Made by a program: the position numbers and the translations under genes
Shown here: piece after piece, positions 21,396 through 31,820 of the stretch
Layout: every line of letters starts with the position of its first letter
Numbering within the stretch: the stretch's first letter is position 1
Source: an uncultured Acidobacteriota bacterium
Lineage (GTDB): Bacteria; Acidobacteriota; Vicinamibacteria; Vicinamibacterales; UBA8438
Length of the DNA stretch: 64,000 bases
Direction: 5' to 3'
NCBI GenBank assembly: GCA_913043225.1
Contig: CAJWLU010000014.1
Span: 1-64,000, forward strand
Notes under the pieces: model-generated
What the model was told of the DNA's origin: nothing
The model's database searches: none
Seen by the model: the letters and a program-made list of their open reading frames with translations, nothing else

Positions 21396-23342
21396 TCAGT
21401 CCAGCTGGGACCCGAGCCAGGCCTCGCGGAACCGCATATGGCTGGAGGTTAGGGTCCGACCGATCTCCTCGAACGCGACCAACCGGAGGCCGGGATGCTC
21501 CTCCGGCGTGACGCGCGCGGTAAGGAGCTCCCCCGCGCGAGCGAACGTCAGCGTCACTGAGCGACCAGGTAGCAACCGGTCACGCGTCTCGCTCCAACGA
21601 CCGGCCGACGAGACCTCCCGGCCGTCGATCGACACGATCACGTCGTCCCGGTCGAGCCCGGCGAGATGGAGCGGCGAGCCAAAAGGCATCGGGCGAGTCA
21701 CCCTCGCGCCGCCCCGCTCGAATCGGAGCGAGGGATCCCCGAGCCAGGCCTGGTCGAGGGCGGTCGGCACCACCGCCACGCCGGCCCGCTCCAACAGCGG
21801 CACGTAGTCGATCACCTCGCGTCCCTCGACGTAGCGGTCGAAGTACTCGTCGGCGAACGACGCGTCGGTCAACTCCTCCAGCGCCGCGCGCGCATCAGCC
21901 ATCGTGTAAGGCCGGTCCACAGCACCCGGCGTCGAGCCTCCTGGCAGTCCGAACTGGCGCCACAGCAGCCGCATGTAGTCGTCCAGCGTCAGGCTGGGCA
22001 CACCGGCCGCGTCGGCGCTCCGAACCCGGAGCAAGAGGTCGAGCCCCAAGCCGAGCGTCTCGCCCCAAGTGTAGTAGGAGATGAAGAGGTTGTCCCAGTT
22101 CGTGGGATCGATCGCACTGGCGGCGTCGGTAAACGGCGCGAGCCGGCTCATCTCGACGGCGGAACGGAACCGCCGGCCCGGCCCCAATCGCACGGTCTCG
22201 ATGGCGCGGCTGAACCTGCCAAGAGTGGCGGGCAGCGACGCCAAACCTGCCCGCTGCAGCGTGAGCGTGCCGTAGTAGTTCGTGTACCCCTCCGCCAACC
22301 AGAGCTCGCCAGAAGCGTTAACGTTCTCGAAGTCGAATGGCTCGAGGGACTGAGGCCGGATCCGCTCGACGTTCCAGACGTGAAAGAACTCGTGTGAGAC
22401 CGACCCGAGCAGCGCTCGGCCCTGGGTACGCAACGATGCCGGCGCGCTGATCACCGTGCTGTTGCGATGCTCCATCGCGTCCCCGGCGGCGGTCGGCAGG
22501 TAATCGGCAATGAAGGTGTAGCGACCGGTCTCGAAACGTGGGAACTCTCCGAAGACCGCCACCATCTCACGGACAATCCGTTCGACGTCGGCCGCATAGC
22601 GGTCGACATCGGCGTCGCTGCCTCCGTGGTGCACCGCCACCCGGAAATCGGGCCGGTAGGTCGAATCTGACGGATCGGTCACCTCGAAGGTCCGGTCGAC
22701 AAACGCGCTGAACTCCGCCGGGCTGTCCAGCAAGTAGCCAACGTTGGGGGCGATAAACCTGAGCTGGTCATCGGTCGGGAACAGCTGCGTCGCCACTCGC
22801 CACGGCTCCCCAGCCGGAGGCACGAAACGCACCTCGATGGGGCCGGTCTCGAGACCGGCCGGCCACACCAGGCTCGCCGGCATGTTGAGGTGGGCATGCG
22901 TCGGGTCGACGGCGAGATAAGTCCCGTCCACCCGATCGCCGAAAATGCGGTAGTAGAAGACCACCGAACCATCGTGATCGGCGATGTCCCACCGGGTCGG
23001 TGTGGTCCGGATCGCCTCGAGCGGCTCGCCGGCGGCGGTACGTGCCTCGACCATGAAGATGTTCTTAGCAAAGTCGTGGCGCGCGTACCGGCCGGGTGAG
23101 GCACTGCTCATCCGCAGACTGAGAGGATCCGCGCCGAGACCGTCGACCTCGAGTTCGACCGCCATCCACCGATGAGCCGGTTCAGGCACACTCACCGTGT
23201 AGCGCACCCTGGCGTCGGTGCTCCCGGCGGTCGACTGGCCACCAGTCGGGACGCTGAGTCTCAGCGCAATAACCGCGAGCACCAGAGCCGCGGCGCCGAG
23301 TCGCCAACCGCGCGCCCGGCGCCAGGCACTGGACCTGATCAT
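21396..23342 (-). CDS. M61 family aminopeptidase with C-terminal PDZ domain
   Basis: SPGRY, MEHRNS, HEFFHVWNVERIRP, LWLAEGYT and a PDZ-like AGLDRDDVIVSIDG. Confidence 0.92.
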   Translation of the reverse strand: MIRSSAWRRARGWRLGAAALVLAVIALRLSVPTGGQSTAGSTDARVRYTVSVPEPAHRWMAVELEVDGLGADPLSLRMSSASPGRYARHDFAKNIFMVEARTAAGEPLEAIRTTPTRWDIADHDGSVVFYYRIFGDRVDGTYLAVDPTHAHLNMPASLVWPAGLETGPIEVRFVPPAGEPWRVATQLFPTDDQLRFIAPNVGYLLDSPAEFSAFVDRTFEVTDPSDSTYRPDFRVAVHHGGSDADVDRYAADVERIVREMVAVFGEFPRFETGRYTFIADYLPTAAGDAMEHRNSTVISAPASLRTQGRALLGSVSHEFFHVWNVERIRPQSLEPFDFENVNASGELWLAEGYTNYYGTLTLQRAGLASLPATLGRFSRAIETVRLGPGRRFRSAVEMSRLAPFTDAASAIDPTNWDNLFISYYTWGETLGLGLDLLLRVRSADAAGVPSLTLDDYMRLLWRQFGLPGGSTPGAVDRPYTMADARAALEELTDASFADEYFDRYVEGREVIDYVPLLERAGVAVVPTALDQAWLGDPSLRFERGGARVTRPMPFGSPLHLAGLDRDDVIVSIDGREVSSAGRWSETRDRLLPGRSVTLTFARAGELLTARVTPEEHPGLRLVAFEEIGRTLTSSHMRFREAWLGSQLD

Positions 23343-23980
23343 GGAGCGGTCTCGAGCGCGTCCCAGACCTGTCGGATAAACTCGTCTTCGGGCACCGCAC
23401 CGAGCACCTCGACGCGGTCGTTGATAACGGTCTTCGGCACACCGGTGACCCGGTACTGCTGAACGAGCTCCGGATACTCAACCGCCGAGATAGTGGACGC
23501 GGTGATCTGGGGGTGCGCGAGCGCGAGACGCTGGGCAAGGCTGACCGCCTTGGGGCAATGGGGTCAGGTGGGGGTGGCGAAGACCTGAATGTCGACCGGG
23601 TCATTCAACCCAGAGAGCCGTTCGCGCGTCTCCTCCGAGAGACCGGGGTCTCCGTCCGCCACCAGCAGCACGGCCTCGACCAGCGAGATCAGCTCGTGCC
23701 CCTCCGGAACACCGTAGAACCGGATCCCGGTGTCCTCCGCCCCGACCACCGCGATCGCTGGCGCCCGGCGGATGCCGGCCCGTTCGGTGACCTCGGTGTC
23801 GAGCAACAGGTTGTACTCCTCGACCGTGATCTGGTCAGAAAAGGCCGCCACCCGCTCGACGATCTGTCGCGCGGGCAGGCAGGTGTCGCAGCCAAAGGTC
23901 TGGGTGAAGAACTGGAGAGTAACCGGCGCGGCGAGCGCTTCGAGCGACGCCTCAAGATCGACGGGACCACGAATGTCCAT
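23339..23980 (-). CDS. Protein-disulfide oxidoreductase (PDO/AhpF N-terminal-like, two thioredoxin folds), probable selenoprotein with Sec at TGA 23564-23566
   Basis: First site CDTC. Reading through TGA gives FATPT-U-PHC-PKAV...YRVTGVPKTVIND...ETAP (213 aa), ending in an ATGA overlap with the M61 gene. Confidence 0.88.
23536..23552 (-). promoter_or_regulatory. Putative bacterial SECIS hairpin
   Basis: CAAGGC-GGUCA-GCCUUG, a perfect 6-bp stem beginning 11 nt after the UGA. Confidence 0.7.
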
Positions 23981-24018
23981 CCGCCGATTATCGCACTGGT
24001 TCTCGGACGAGAACCGCG

Positions 24019-24465
24019 CTACTTGAAGAGATCGTCGAATGCCTGGCGCGCGCTGCTGGTACCGGTGGGGGCGACGCGGGCCGAGTGGGTCTGGCGCTCA
24101 ACCGTCACCCGCGGCTCGAAGTAATCGCAGTCGTTCCGAACATCCTTGGGCGCCACGCGGGCCTTGATCGGTTGCTGGCACTCGAACCGGCTGCCTGAAT
24201 CGAACGAGGCGCAAAGCGCGCAAACATACAGATCGCTGCCGCACGCCGAACAGCGGCTCTCTGGACCGATCGCCAGGTTCAGGGTCTGGCCACACCGAGC
24301 GCAGCGTACCACGTCGTGGAAACCAGGCATGTTGGGCGTCCGGTGCTCACGGTTGATGACGCTGCGTGGCTTGCCGTCGCCCTTCGGCTTGTTCGGCCTA
24401 TCCCGCGTGGTGCGTTCCCGGTCGTCGTCCCGGTAGCCGCGTTGCCGGTATTTGCGTTCGCTCAT
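24019..24465 (-). CDS. Hypothetical Cys-rich (zinc-ribbon-like) protein
   Basis: CARC, CSAC and CALC plus two further Cys; basic N-terminus; ends FDDLFK. Confidence 0.75.
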   Translation of the reverse strand: MSERKYRQRGYRDDDRERTTRDRPNKPKGDGKPRSVINREHRTPNMPGFHDVVRCARCGQTLNLAIGPESRCSACGSDLYVCALCASFDSGSRFECQQPIKARVAPKDVRNDCDYFEPRVTVERQTHSARVAPTGTSSARQAFDDLFK

Positions 24466-24671
24466 GATCTAATGGCGAAATTTCCGAGGCCCTGGCCTCG
24501 TCTGCACGAGCCCGAAGACAATTTGGGCGTGAAACCGGTCTGATTATACGCACGGACCGGCAGGTTCCGCTGGCCGCCGGCGCTAGAACCTGGTTCTAGT
24601 TGAACGCGCCTCCACCGGCACGCGAGGTCCAGGTCGAACTGGCAACCGACTGCTAGAGTACCAACTCACAA

Positions 24672-24937
24672 CAGATCCGAGCCATCATCACCGGCATCGG
24701 CTCGGTCATCGCGTAGCTGATGGGGATGGGTGCGGTGTGCGGGGCAGTAAAGACCATGTACAGCGCGCTGGCCACACGCACGCGGGAGAACGACGACCCT
24801 CCGGGCCCTGGGCCTTCCACACAAGCTCGGTTGTCTTCTCGGTACTGACCGACTCGGCGCTGCTGGTACAGGGCACCACCTGCACCCTGGTCATGGGCCT
24901 GGTCGGCGGCCTGTCCCAGCTATCCGCCCCGCCCGGA
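24672..24937 (+). pseudogene. Degraded remnant of an FtsX/MacB-type ABC permease C-terminus
   Basis: IGSVIA*LMGMGAVCGAVKTMYSALATRTRE / TLRALG / FHTSSVVFSVLTDSALL...MGLVGGL / PAIRPAR, with a stop at 24714 and several frameshifts. Confidence 0.7.
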
Positions 24938-25016
24938 TACGAATCTTCACGGCTCTCTGCGAGTTATAGCCCCTGCTTCTGTGATGCGCCCCCCAGGGGG
25001 TCGGGCGAAACCCTCT

Positions 25017-27377
25017 CTAGAAGAGGAGGTTGAGCATCACGCGCGCGGTTCGGGGCAGCGACGGGTGGAAGTGCACGTCTTCGATGCCGCCCACCGGCTC
25101 GCCGGGCAAACGCGACTCGTAGAGGTAGTCGATGTCGGAGACGTCGCTGTCGAGCAAGTTGAAGCCTTCCACGGTGATAGTGGCCCGCTCGTTGAGATTG
25201 AAACCGATCTCACCGTTCCAGATCGTGGTGGCAGCCGACTTCACCGACGCATCTTCGATGAGCGGTCTGGGACCAAAGTGCCGTAGCCGGAGACTTCCGT
25301 GCACACGGCGGTTCGGCGCCACCGTGATAGCGCCGGCGATGACCCGATCCAGGGCGCCCGGAATGAAGTCGCCCGCGGGGTCTTCATCCGCGAACCGGGC
25401 GCGAGAGAACGACAGGTCGAGCTCGCCGGTCAGCCAGGACGCGAATCGCACGTAGTTGGTCCACTCGACGCCAAGACGTCGACTCGGCCGGCTGGCCTCG
25501 CTGATGCCGGCGTCGCCGACAAATAGCAGTTCGGAATCGAACGAGAGATACCAGAGCGCCACCGTGGACTGCACGCCAGGCAACCGGACAGTCCGCAGAC
25601 CGATCTCCGCGCCGTTGGCCGGCACCAGCGGATCCTCGCGATCGACCGGATCCCCGCTCACGGGGTCGACCTGCACAGTGGCGACACGGGGGTCGTTGCT
25701 GTGGAAACCGCGCCCGTAGTTCAGATAGAGCTCGGTCCCCTCCCACGGCCCGAGAACGGCGGTTATCTTCGGGCTCACGAGAGCCGCAGTTCCGTCGCCT
25801 GAGTTGAGCGAGTTCTGTGCTGTGACGTCGTAGCGATATACGTCACTGCGCAATCCCAGGGTCGTCCGGAACACGCGCGTCCATTCGATTTCACTCTGAG
25901 CGAAGAGCCCGGCCGTCGTCTGGGTCACCTCGTCATTACGAATAGCATTGGTGCGTCGGCGTGCCACCGTGTTGTAGAGCCCGACCGTGTCGACCACATC
26001 GTTGCGCACCGACACACCGATGGCATTCTCGACCGGGCGGTCGAACACGCGGCCCAGCCGCCGATGCACCATCTTCGCGCCCGAGCTCAGGCGACGACCT
26101 TCCTGTTCGACCTGGTCGCCATTGATCGGGTCTTCGAGGAAGTAGGTGAAGTTCTGGAACAAGTTGAGACCGCCGGTGAGGGCGTACGCCGTGAAGCGGG
26201 TCGACTGATTGGCACCCGAACGGAGCCAGTCGAACGTACCGGAGTAGCGATAGGCGCTGCCGGCATCCGTGTTGTCGATGCCCCCGAAGCGGCCAATGAG
26301 CCCCTGCTCGATCGCCCGGCGCGGAATCTGGTCCGTGGCGTTCCAGTCTCCGCGATACCCCATCCCGGTAATAGAGAAGCCGTTCTGCCGGTCACCCTGG
26401 CTGTAGCGGATGATGCCATTAGCCTTCTCCATGTTGTCCGGGCGCTCCCAGGGCCCGTCGTTCTGCGTGAGCTCCAGCGCCACCAGGAGATTCCCCGGCC
26501 CAACCTCGGGCGAGACGGCGCCCAGCACACGGCCCCAGCCCTGACCGCCGCCGCTGATGCTGAAGATCGGCCGATCCAAGCTGTTCACGTAATTGATGTT
26601 GGCCGAGCCGGCGGCGGAGAAATCGCCGTGTTCGGCAAAGTACGGTCCCTTCGTGTACTGCACGCCGCTGACCAGCTCCGGGATCAACGCGTTAACGTCA
26701 GTGTAGCCGTGGGCGTGAGCGCCAGACGACTCATTCAGCGGTACCCCGGCCAGGGTCGTCGCGAAGTCGGAGCCGTGGTCTAGGTTGAAGCCTCGGAGGT
26801 AGTACTGGTTGGCCTTCCCTTCGCCGCTGTGCTGGCTCACCACGAACCCGGGCACGGCTTCGAGCACCTCTCCGGGCCGCATAATCGGGCGCGCCTCGAG
26901 CTGGGCCGAGGTGATCGCCCCTACACTGGCCGAGGTGGCAATCCCGACCAGGTTCTCCCTCGGATTCTCCAGGTCGGCGATATTCCGGAACGTTCGGGCA
27001 CCCGTGACCACCACGTCGGCCGTGATGCTTAGTGCGAGCCGGGCGTCGACCGTGAGGGTCTGACCCGCGGCCATCTGAACGTCTTCGCGGAACGTCGAAA
27101 AATTGACCAGGCGGACCACCACTGTGGCAGCACCGGCCGAGACTCCCTCGACCCGGTAGACGCCGACGTCGTCGGTCACGGCCGAGAACGAGCCGTCGTC
27201 AGTTTCCACCCCGACCGTCGCGCCGGGGAGCACGCCCCCTGTATCGTCTGTCACCGTCCCGGTGAGGGTTCCCGCTCCCTGGCCAGCGACCGATGCCACC
27301 CAACCGAACACACAGCACGCAACCAAAACGCTCCAACGCAAGACGCTGCCCTCCAGTTCAGTGGGCGCACCACGCAC
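25017..27377 (-). CDS. TonB-dependent receptor with carboxypeptidase-regulatory-like N-terminal domain
   Basis: GTVTDDTGGVLPGATV, VVVTG, plug motif HSGEGKANQYYLRGFNLDHG and C-terminal Phe. Confidence 0.92.
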   Translation of the reverse strand: MRGAPTELEGSVLRWSVLVACCVFGWVASVAGQGAGTLTGTVTDDTGGVLPGATVGVETDDGSFSAVTDDVGVYRVEGVSAGAATVVVRLVNFSTFREDVQMAAGQTLTVDARLALSITADVVVTGARTFRNIADLENPRENLVGIATSASVGAITSAQLEARPIMRPGEVLEAVPGFVVSQHSGEGKANQYYLRGFNLDHGSDFATTLAGVPLNESSGAHAHGYTDVNALIPELVSGVQYTKGPYFAEHGDFSAAGSANINYVNSLDRPIFSISGGGQGWGRVLGAVSPEVGPGNLLVALELTQNDGPWERPDNMEKANGIIRYSQGDRQNGFSITGMGYRGDWNATDQIPRRAIEQGLIGRFGGIDNTDAGSAYRYSGTFDWLRSGANQSTRFTAYALTGGLNLFQNFTYFLEDPINGDQVEQEGRRLSSGAKMVHRRLGRVFDRPVENAIGVSVRNDVVDTVGLYNTVARRRTNAIRNDEVTQTTAGLFAQSEIEWTRVFRTTLGLRSDVYRYDVTAQNSLNSGDGTAALVSPKITAVLGPWEGTELYLNYGRGFHSNDPRVATVQVDPVSGDPVDREDPLVPANGAEIGLRTVRLPGVQSTVALWYLSFDSELLFVGDAGISEASRPSRRLGVEWTNYVRFASWLTGELDLSFSRARFADEDPAGDFIPGALDRVIAGAITVAPNRRVHGSLRLRHFGPRPLIEDASVKSAATTIWNGEIGFNLNERATITVEGFNLLDSDVSDIDYLYESRLPGEPVGGIEDVHFHPSLPRTARVMLNLLF

Positions 27378-27642
27378 CCAACCCTACTAGTGTCCGACAG
27401 CTTCAATGTTTCGGAGCCTTAAGAGTTCCTGAAGACTACGTCCCAGCCGGACAGCCTCTCCGGGTCGCCGAATCAGCCGCATCTTTCGACTGCCGGTCAT
27501 CTAGAGAAACTTGTCTGGAAAAGACGCGTTGACCTCATGCAGGAACTGCGTGTTGCGGTTGCGTCCAGCTGTCCGGTCACGTACGCTCAGGGGGTTATCT
27601 AGCTTGCCACCGCCGGGCTCGCCCCGGAGCGAGGCCTCTGCC

Positions 27643-30348
27643 ATGCCTGCCCGACTCATCTTCTTACTTGGCGTCCTTTTCGTGTTCATGGTCGTGCCGT
27701 CGGCCGTGAACCTGCTCACCGAGTGGTTCTGGTTCGGTGAAGTCGGCTACACAGCCGTCTTCATCCGCACCCTGACGGCACGCGCCACCCTGGGCGCCCT
27801 GGTGCTACTAGCAACCTTCGCACTCGTGGCGTTCAACCTGCGCACGGCGCTGGGTCAGGTCACTCGGCCCTACATGCTCTTTCCAGGCGGCGGCGACATC
27901 CAGCCGATCGTGCTCAATCAGCGCCAGCTCCAGCTGATGGGCACTGGCGTGGCCGGACTCGTGGCGGTGTTTCTGGGTCTGTTCGCCTCCAACGAGTGGC
28001 TGACCTGGCTGCAGTTCCAGCAACAGGTGCCCTTCGGGCAGACCGACCCCTTGTTCGGACACGACGTCGCGTTCTACGTGTTCACCCTGCCGTTCCTAGA
28101 TCTGCTGCGCTATCTGGCCATGGCGGCCCTCATCCTCTCGACCATCGGGTCGGGAGCCGCCTACGTGGTGTCCGGTGCTCTGGCGTTAGACCCGGCGCGG
28201 GGCCTAATCGTGGCCGAGCCCGCCCGCAAGCACCTCGGCCTCCTGCTCGCGGTGTTCTTCGTCCTACTGGCCTGCGGCGCGTATCTGGATGTCCCCCGGC
28301 TGCTAACGACACCGGGCGGGGTCGTGCACGGCGCGTCGTATGTAGACGCCGTCATGCGAGTGCCGATCCATTGGGTGTTGATGGGCGTTGCCTTGCTCGG
28401 GGCCGGTCTCTCGACCATAAGCGCCTTCACGGCCCGCAACACGCCGGCGATGGCCGCCGTGGGTCTCTACGCCCTGGTGACGGTGGCGGGCAATCTGGGC
28501 TCGGTCGCGCTCCAGCGTCTGGTGGTGACCCCCGACGAGCAGCAGCGGGAAGCCCCTTACATCGCCCACACCATCGCGGCCACGCGACAGGCATTCGGAC
28601 TGGAAGCGGTCGAGGAGCGCGAACTCTCAGGCGACGAGATCCTGACGCTCGCCGATATCGAGAACAACACGGACACCATCAACAACGTCCGGCTCTGGGA
28701 CCATGAGCCGCTGCTCGACACATTCGGCCAGATTCAGGAGATCCGGACCTACTACGACTTCGCGTCGGTCGACAACGACCGGTATCTGATCGATGGCGAG
28801 TATCGCCAGATCATGCTGTCGAGCCGGGAGCTCAACTCAGACAGCCTGCCCAACCGATCCTGGGTTAACGAACGCTTGCAATACACCCACGGATTCGGCG
28901 TCGCGATGGGCCCGGTCAACCAGGTGACCCAGGAGGGGCTGCCAGTACTGTTCATCCAGGATCTACCACCTACCTCGTCGGTGGACCTCCAAGTCGACCA
29001 GCCCAGTATCTACTTCGGCGAGCTGTCGAACGACTACGTCATCGTCAACACCAACACCGACGAGTTCCACTACCCGGAGGGCGAAGATAACGTCTCAACC
29101 CGCTACGACGGAAACGGCGGGGTGCCACTGTCAGGACTCATCCGGCGGATGCTCTACGCCGTGCAGTTCCAGGCCTACGAGATCCTGGTGAGTGGTCAAC
29201 TCAGCGGCGAGAGCCGCATCATCTACCACCGGAACATCCTCGACCGCGTGACCACAGTCGCGCCGTTCCTGCGCTACGACAGCGATCCGTATCTGGTGAT
29301 CTCCGAGGGGCGCCTCGTCTGGATGGTCGACGCCTACACCGTGAGCGACCGCTATCCCTACGCCCAGCCGACGGCAACCGGGGTCAACTACATCCGCAAC
29401 GCGGTGAAGATCGTTATCGACGCCTACGACGGCACCATGACGTTCTACCTGGCTGACGCGGAAGACCCGGTAGCCCGGACACTGCAAGCTATTTTTCCGG
29501 AACTGCTGCGGCCGCTCGACGACATGTCGGAGGACCTGCGGCGGCACATCCGCTATCCGGAAGGGCTGTTTACGCTCCAGACCGAGATCTACTCGACCTT
29601 CCACATGACCAACCCGGCGGTCTTCTACAACCGTGAAGACCAGTGGGAAGTACCGGTCATCGACGGCGAGGAGATGGAGCCGTACTACACGATCATGCGG
29701 CTGCCCGGAGAACCGCGGGCCGAGTTCATCCAGATGCTCCCATTCACGCCGCGGGGGCGGAACAACATGGCCGCATGGATGGCGGCCCGCAGCGACGGTG
29801 ACCAGTACGGCAAGATCCTGGTCTTCCAGTTCCCGAAGCAGAAGCTGGTGTTCGGACCCAGCCAGGTCGTGGCCCGCATCAACCAGGACCAGGAGATCTC
29901 GCCGCAGATCACCCTCTGGAACCAGCAGGGCTCGGAGGTCATCCAGGGCACGCTCCTAGTCGTGCCGATCGAGGGAGCGCTCCTCTACATCCGACCACTG
30001 TATCTGCGAGCGTCGGGCGGGCGGATCCCGGAGTTGCGGCGCGTCATCGTCGCCTACCAGAACCAGATCGTGATGGAAGAGACGCTCGACCAGGCGCTGG
30101 GGCAGCTGTTCCGCTCAGGGGCACCGGCCGCGCCACCGTTGGCGCCCGAGGCAATTCTCGCCAACCAGGAGACAGTGATCCCGGCGCCCGATCTTCCAGC
30201 AACGTCGGATGACGATCCGCTGGTGAGCCAAGCCAGCGTCCACTATCAGCGCGCGCTGGCAGCGCAGCGCAACGGCGACTGGTCGCTTTATGGTGAAGAA
30301 ATCGAGCGACTGGGCGAAATCTTGGAGCAGCTGAGCTCGGGGCCGTAA
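27643..30348 (+). CDS. UPF0182 family membrane protein
   Basis: EWFWFGEVGY, DPLFGHDVAFYVFTLP, NVRLWD, YTHGFG and NYIRNAVK. Confidence 0.93.
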   Translation: MPARLIFLLGVLFVFMVVPSAVNLLTEWFWFGEVGYTAVFIRTLTARATLGALVLLATFALVAFNLRTALGQVTRPYMLFPGGGDIQPIVLNQRQLQLMGTGVAGLVAVFLGLFASNEWLTWLQFQQQVPFGQTDPLFGHDVAFYVFTLPFLDLLRYLAMAALILSTIGSGAAYVVSGALALDPARGLIVAEPARKHLGLLLAVFFVLLACGAYLDVPRLLTTPGGVVHGASYVDAVMRVPIHWVLMGVALLGAGLSTISAFTARNTPAMAAVGLYALVTVAGNLGSVALQRLVVTPDEQQREAPYIAHTIAATRQAFGLEAVEERELSGDEILTLADIENNTDTINNVRLWDHEPLLDTFGQIQEIRTYYDFASVDNDRYLIDGEYRQIMLSSRELNSDSLPNRSWVNERLQYTHGFGVAMGPVNQVTQEGLPVLFIQDLPPTSSVDLQVDQPSIYFGELSNDYVIVNTNTDEFHYPEGEDNVSTRYDGNGGVPLSGLIRRMLYAVQFQAYEILVSGQLSGESRIIYHRNILDRVTTVAPFLRYDSDPYLVISEGRLVWMVDAYTVSDRYPYAQPTATGVNYIRNAVKIVIDAYDGTMTFYLADAEDPVARTLQAIFPELLRPLDDMSEDLRRHIRYPEGLFTLQTEIYSTFHMTNPAVFYNREDQWEVPVIDGEEMEPYYTIMRLPGEPRAEFIQMLPFTPRGRNNMAAWMAARSDGDQYGKILVFQFPKQKLVFGPSQVVARINQDQEISPQITLWNQQGSEVIQGTLLVVPIEGALLYIRPLYLRASGGRIPELRRVIVAYQNQIVMEETLDQALGQLFRSGAPAAPPLAPEAILANQETVIPAPDLPATSDDDPLVSQASVHYQRALAAQRNGDWSLYGEEIERLGEILEQLSSGP

Positions 30349-30391
30349 TCTCTTGGGCTTTGACGGAAGTGTGACTACGGGGGGACGAGCC

Positions 30392-31699
30392 ATGTGGCTT
30401 TCACGATTCTGGGTACTGCTGGGTATCGTTGGGGTAATGGCCGGCTGTGGCGGCGAGCCGGTGGCTCCGGAGCCGGTCGAGCCGACACCGGGCCTGACGG
30501 CATTCGTCGGAGCCCGGATCATCGACGGTACGGGTAACGCGGCCATCGAGAACGGCGTCCTCGTCGTGCGCGACGGACGCCTCGAAGCAGTCGGCTCGGC
30601 CGACACCACCGCGGTCCCGGCCGACGCGACTCAGGTGGATCTCGCGGGTCGCACCATCATGCCCGGCATGGTCAATGCCCACGGTCACGTCAACAACATC
30701 AGAGGCCTCGAGACAACAGACTTCAATGAAGAGCAAGTGCTCCACCAGCTCGGTCTCTACGCGCGCTACGGTGTCACCACCGTGTTTAGCCTCGGCGGCG
30801 ACAGCGAAGCCAGCGTGGCGGTTCGCGACCGCGACAACGAGAGCACGTCCCTGGATCACGCACGGCTCTTCGTCGCGGGCAACATCGTCACCGGCCCGAC
30901 GCCGGACGATGCGCGGCAACAGGTCAACGCGGTGGCCGACAGCGGCGCCGACGTGGTGAAGATCCGCGTCGATGACAACCTGGGCTCTGGCACCAAGATG
31001 ACGCCAGAGACCTACCAAGCGGTCATCGACACTTCTCACGAGCGGGGCCTCAAGCTGACCGCTCACATGTACTACCTAGAGGACGCCATCGGGCTGCTGG
31101 AAGCGGGCGCGGACCTACTGGCCCACAGCGTTCGGGACCAGGCGGTGAACGACGAGTTGATCACGCTCCTGCGCAATTCGGGCGTCTGCTACTGCCCGAC
31201 CCTGATGCGCGAGGTCTCGACCTTCGTGTATGAAAGCCGGCCGGAGTGGTTCGATGATCCGTTCTTTACCAGAGAAACCTCTGCCGACGTCATCGCAGCC
31301 CTCGACAGCGAGGAGTGGCGAGCGCGATCGAGCGCGCCCGGACCGCAGACCTACAAGGCGCAGCTCGAAGTAGCGAAAGAGAACGTCAAGGCCCTGTCGG
31401 ATGCGGGCATCCCGATCGCTATGGGCACCGACACCGGGCCAGCTGCGCGGTTCCAGGGCTACTTTGAGCATGGCGAGCTGGCGCTGATGGTGGAAGCCGG
31501 CCTGACGCCGATGCAGGCGATCGTCGCTTCGACCTACGACGCGGCCCGATGCCTGGAAGTGGACGCCGATCTCGGATCGCTCGAAGCGGGCAAGTGGGCC
31601 GACTTCATGGTGATGGGCGAGAACCCGCTCGATGACATCGCCCACACCACGACGCTCGAGGCGGTCTACGTCGCCGGCAACGCGGTACCGGGGGTATAA
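30392..31699 (+). CDS. Amidohydrolase-family lipoprotein
   Basis: MAGC lipobox, MPGMVNAHGH, MGTD and GSLEAGKWADF. Confidence 0.88.
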   Translation: MWLSRFWVLLGIVGVMAGCGGEPVAPEPVEPTPGLTAFVGARIIDGTGNAAIENGVLVVRDGRLEAVGSADTTAVPADATQVDLAGRTIMPGMVNAHGHVNNIRGLETTDFNEEQVLHQLGLYARYGVTTVFSLGGDSEASVAVRDRDNESTSLDHARLFVAGNIVTGPTPDDARQQVNAVADSGADVVKIRVDDNLGSGTKMTPETYQAVIDTSHERGLKLTAHMYYLEDAIGLLEAGADLLAHSVRDQAVNDELITLLRNSGVCYCPTLMREVSTFVYESRPEWFDDPFFTRETSADVIAALDSEEWRARSSAPGPQTYKAQLEVAKENVKALSDAGIPIAMGTDTGPAARFQGYFEHGELALMVEAGLTPMQAIVASTYDAARCLEVDADLGSLEAGKWADFMVMGENPLDDIAHTTTLEAVYVAGNAVPGV

Positions 31700-31820
31700 C
31701 GCGGACCGCCGGCGCATTGGTGCAATGGCTTGGGTTAATGCCCGCCAGGTAGCTCGGCTGCGTTCGCCGGCGACTGGCGGCTTCAGGAAGAGCAACTAGA
31801 TACTTGAGAGCGAGGACACA

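Noticed and set aside
27378..27642. Riboswitch (cobalamin, TPP or guanidine) upstream of the TonB-dependent receptor
   Set aside because: No conserved core motifs of these riboswitches were recognisable on the minus strand.
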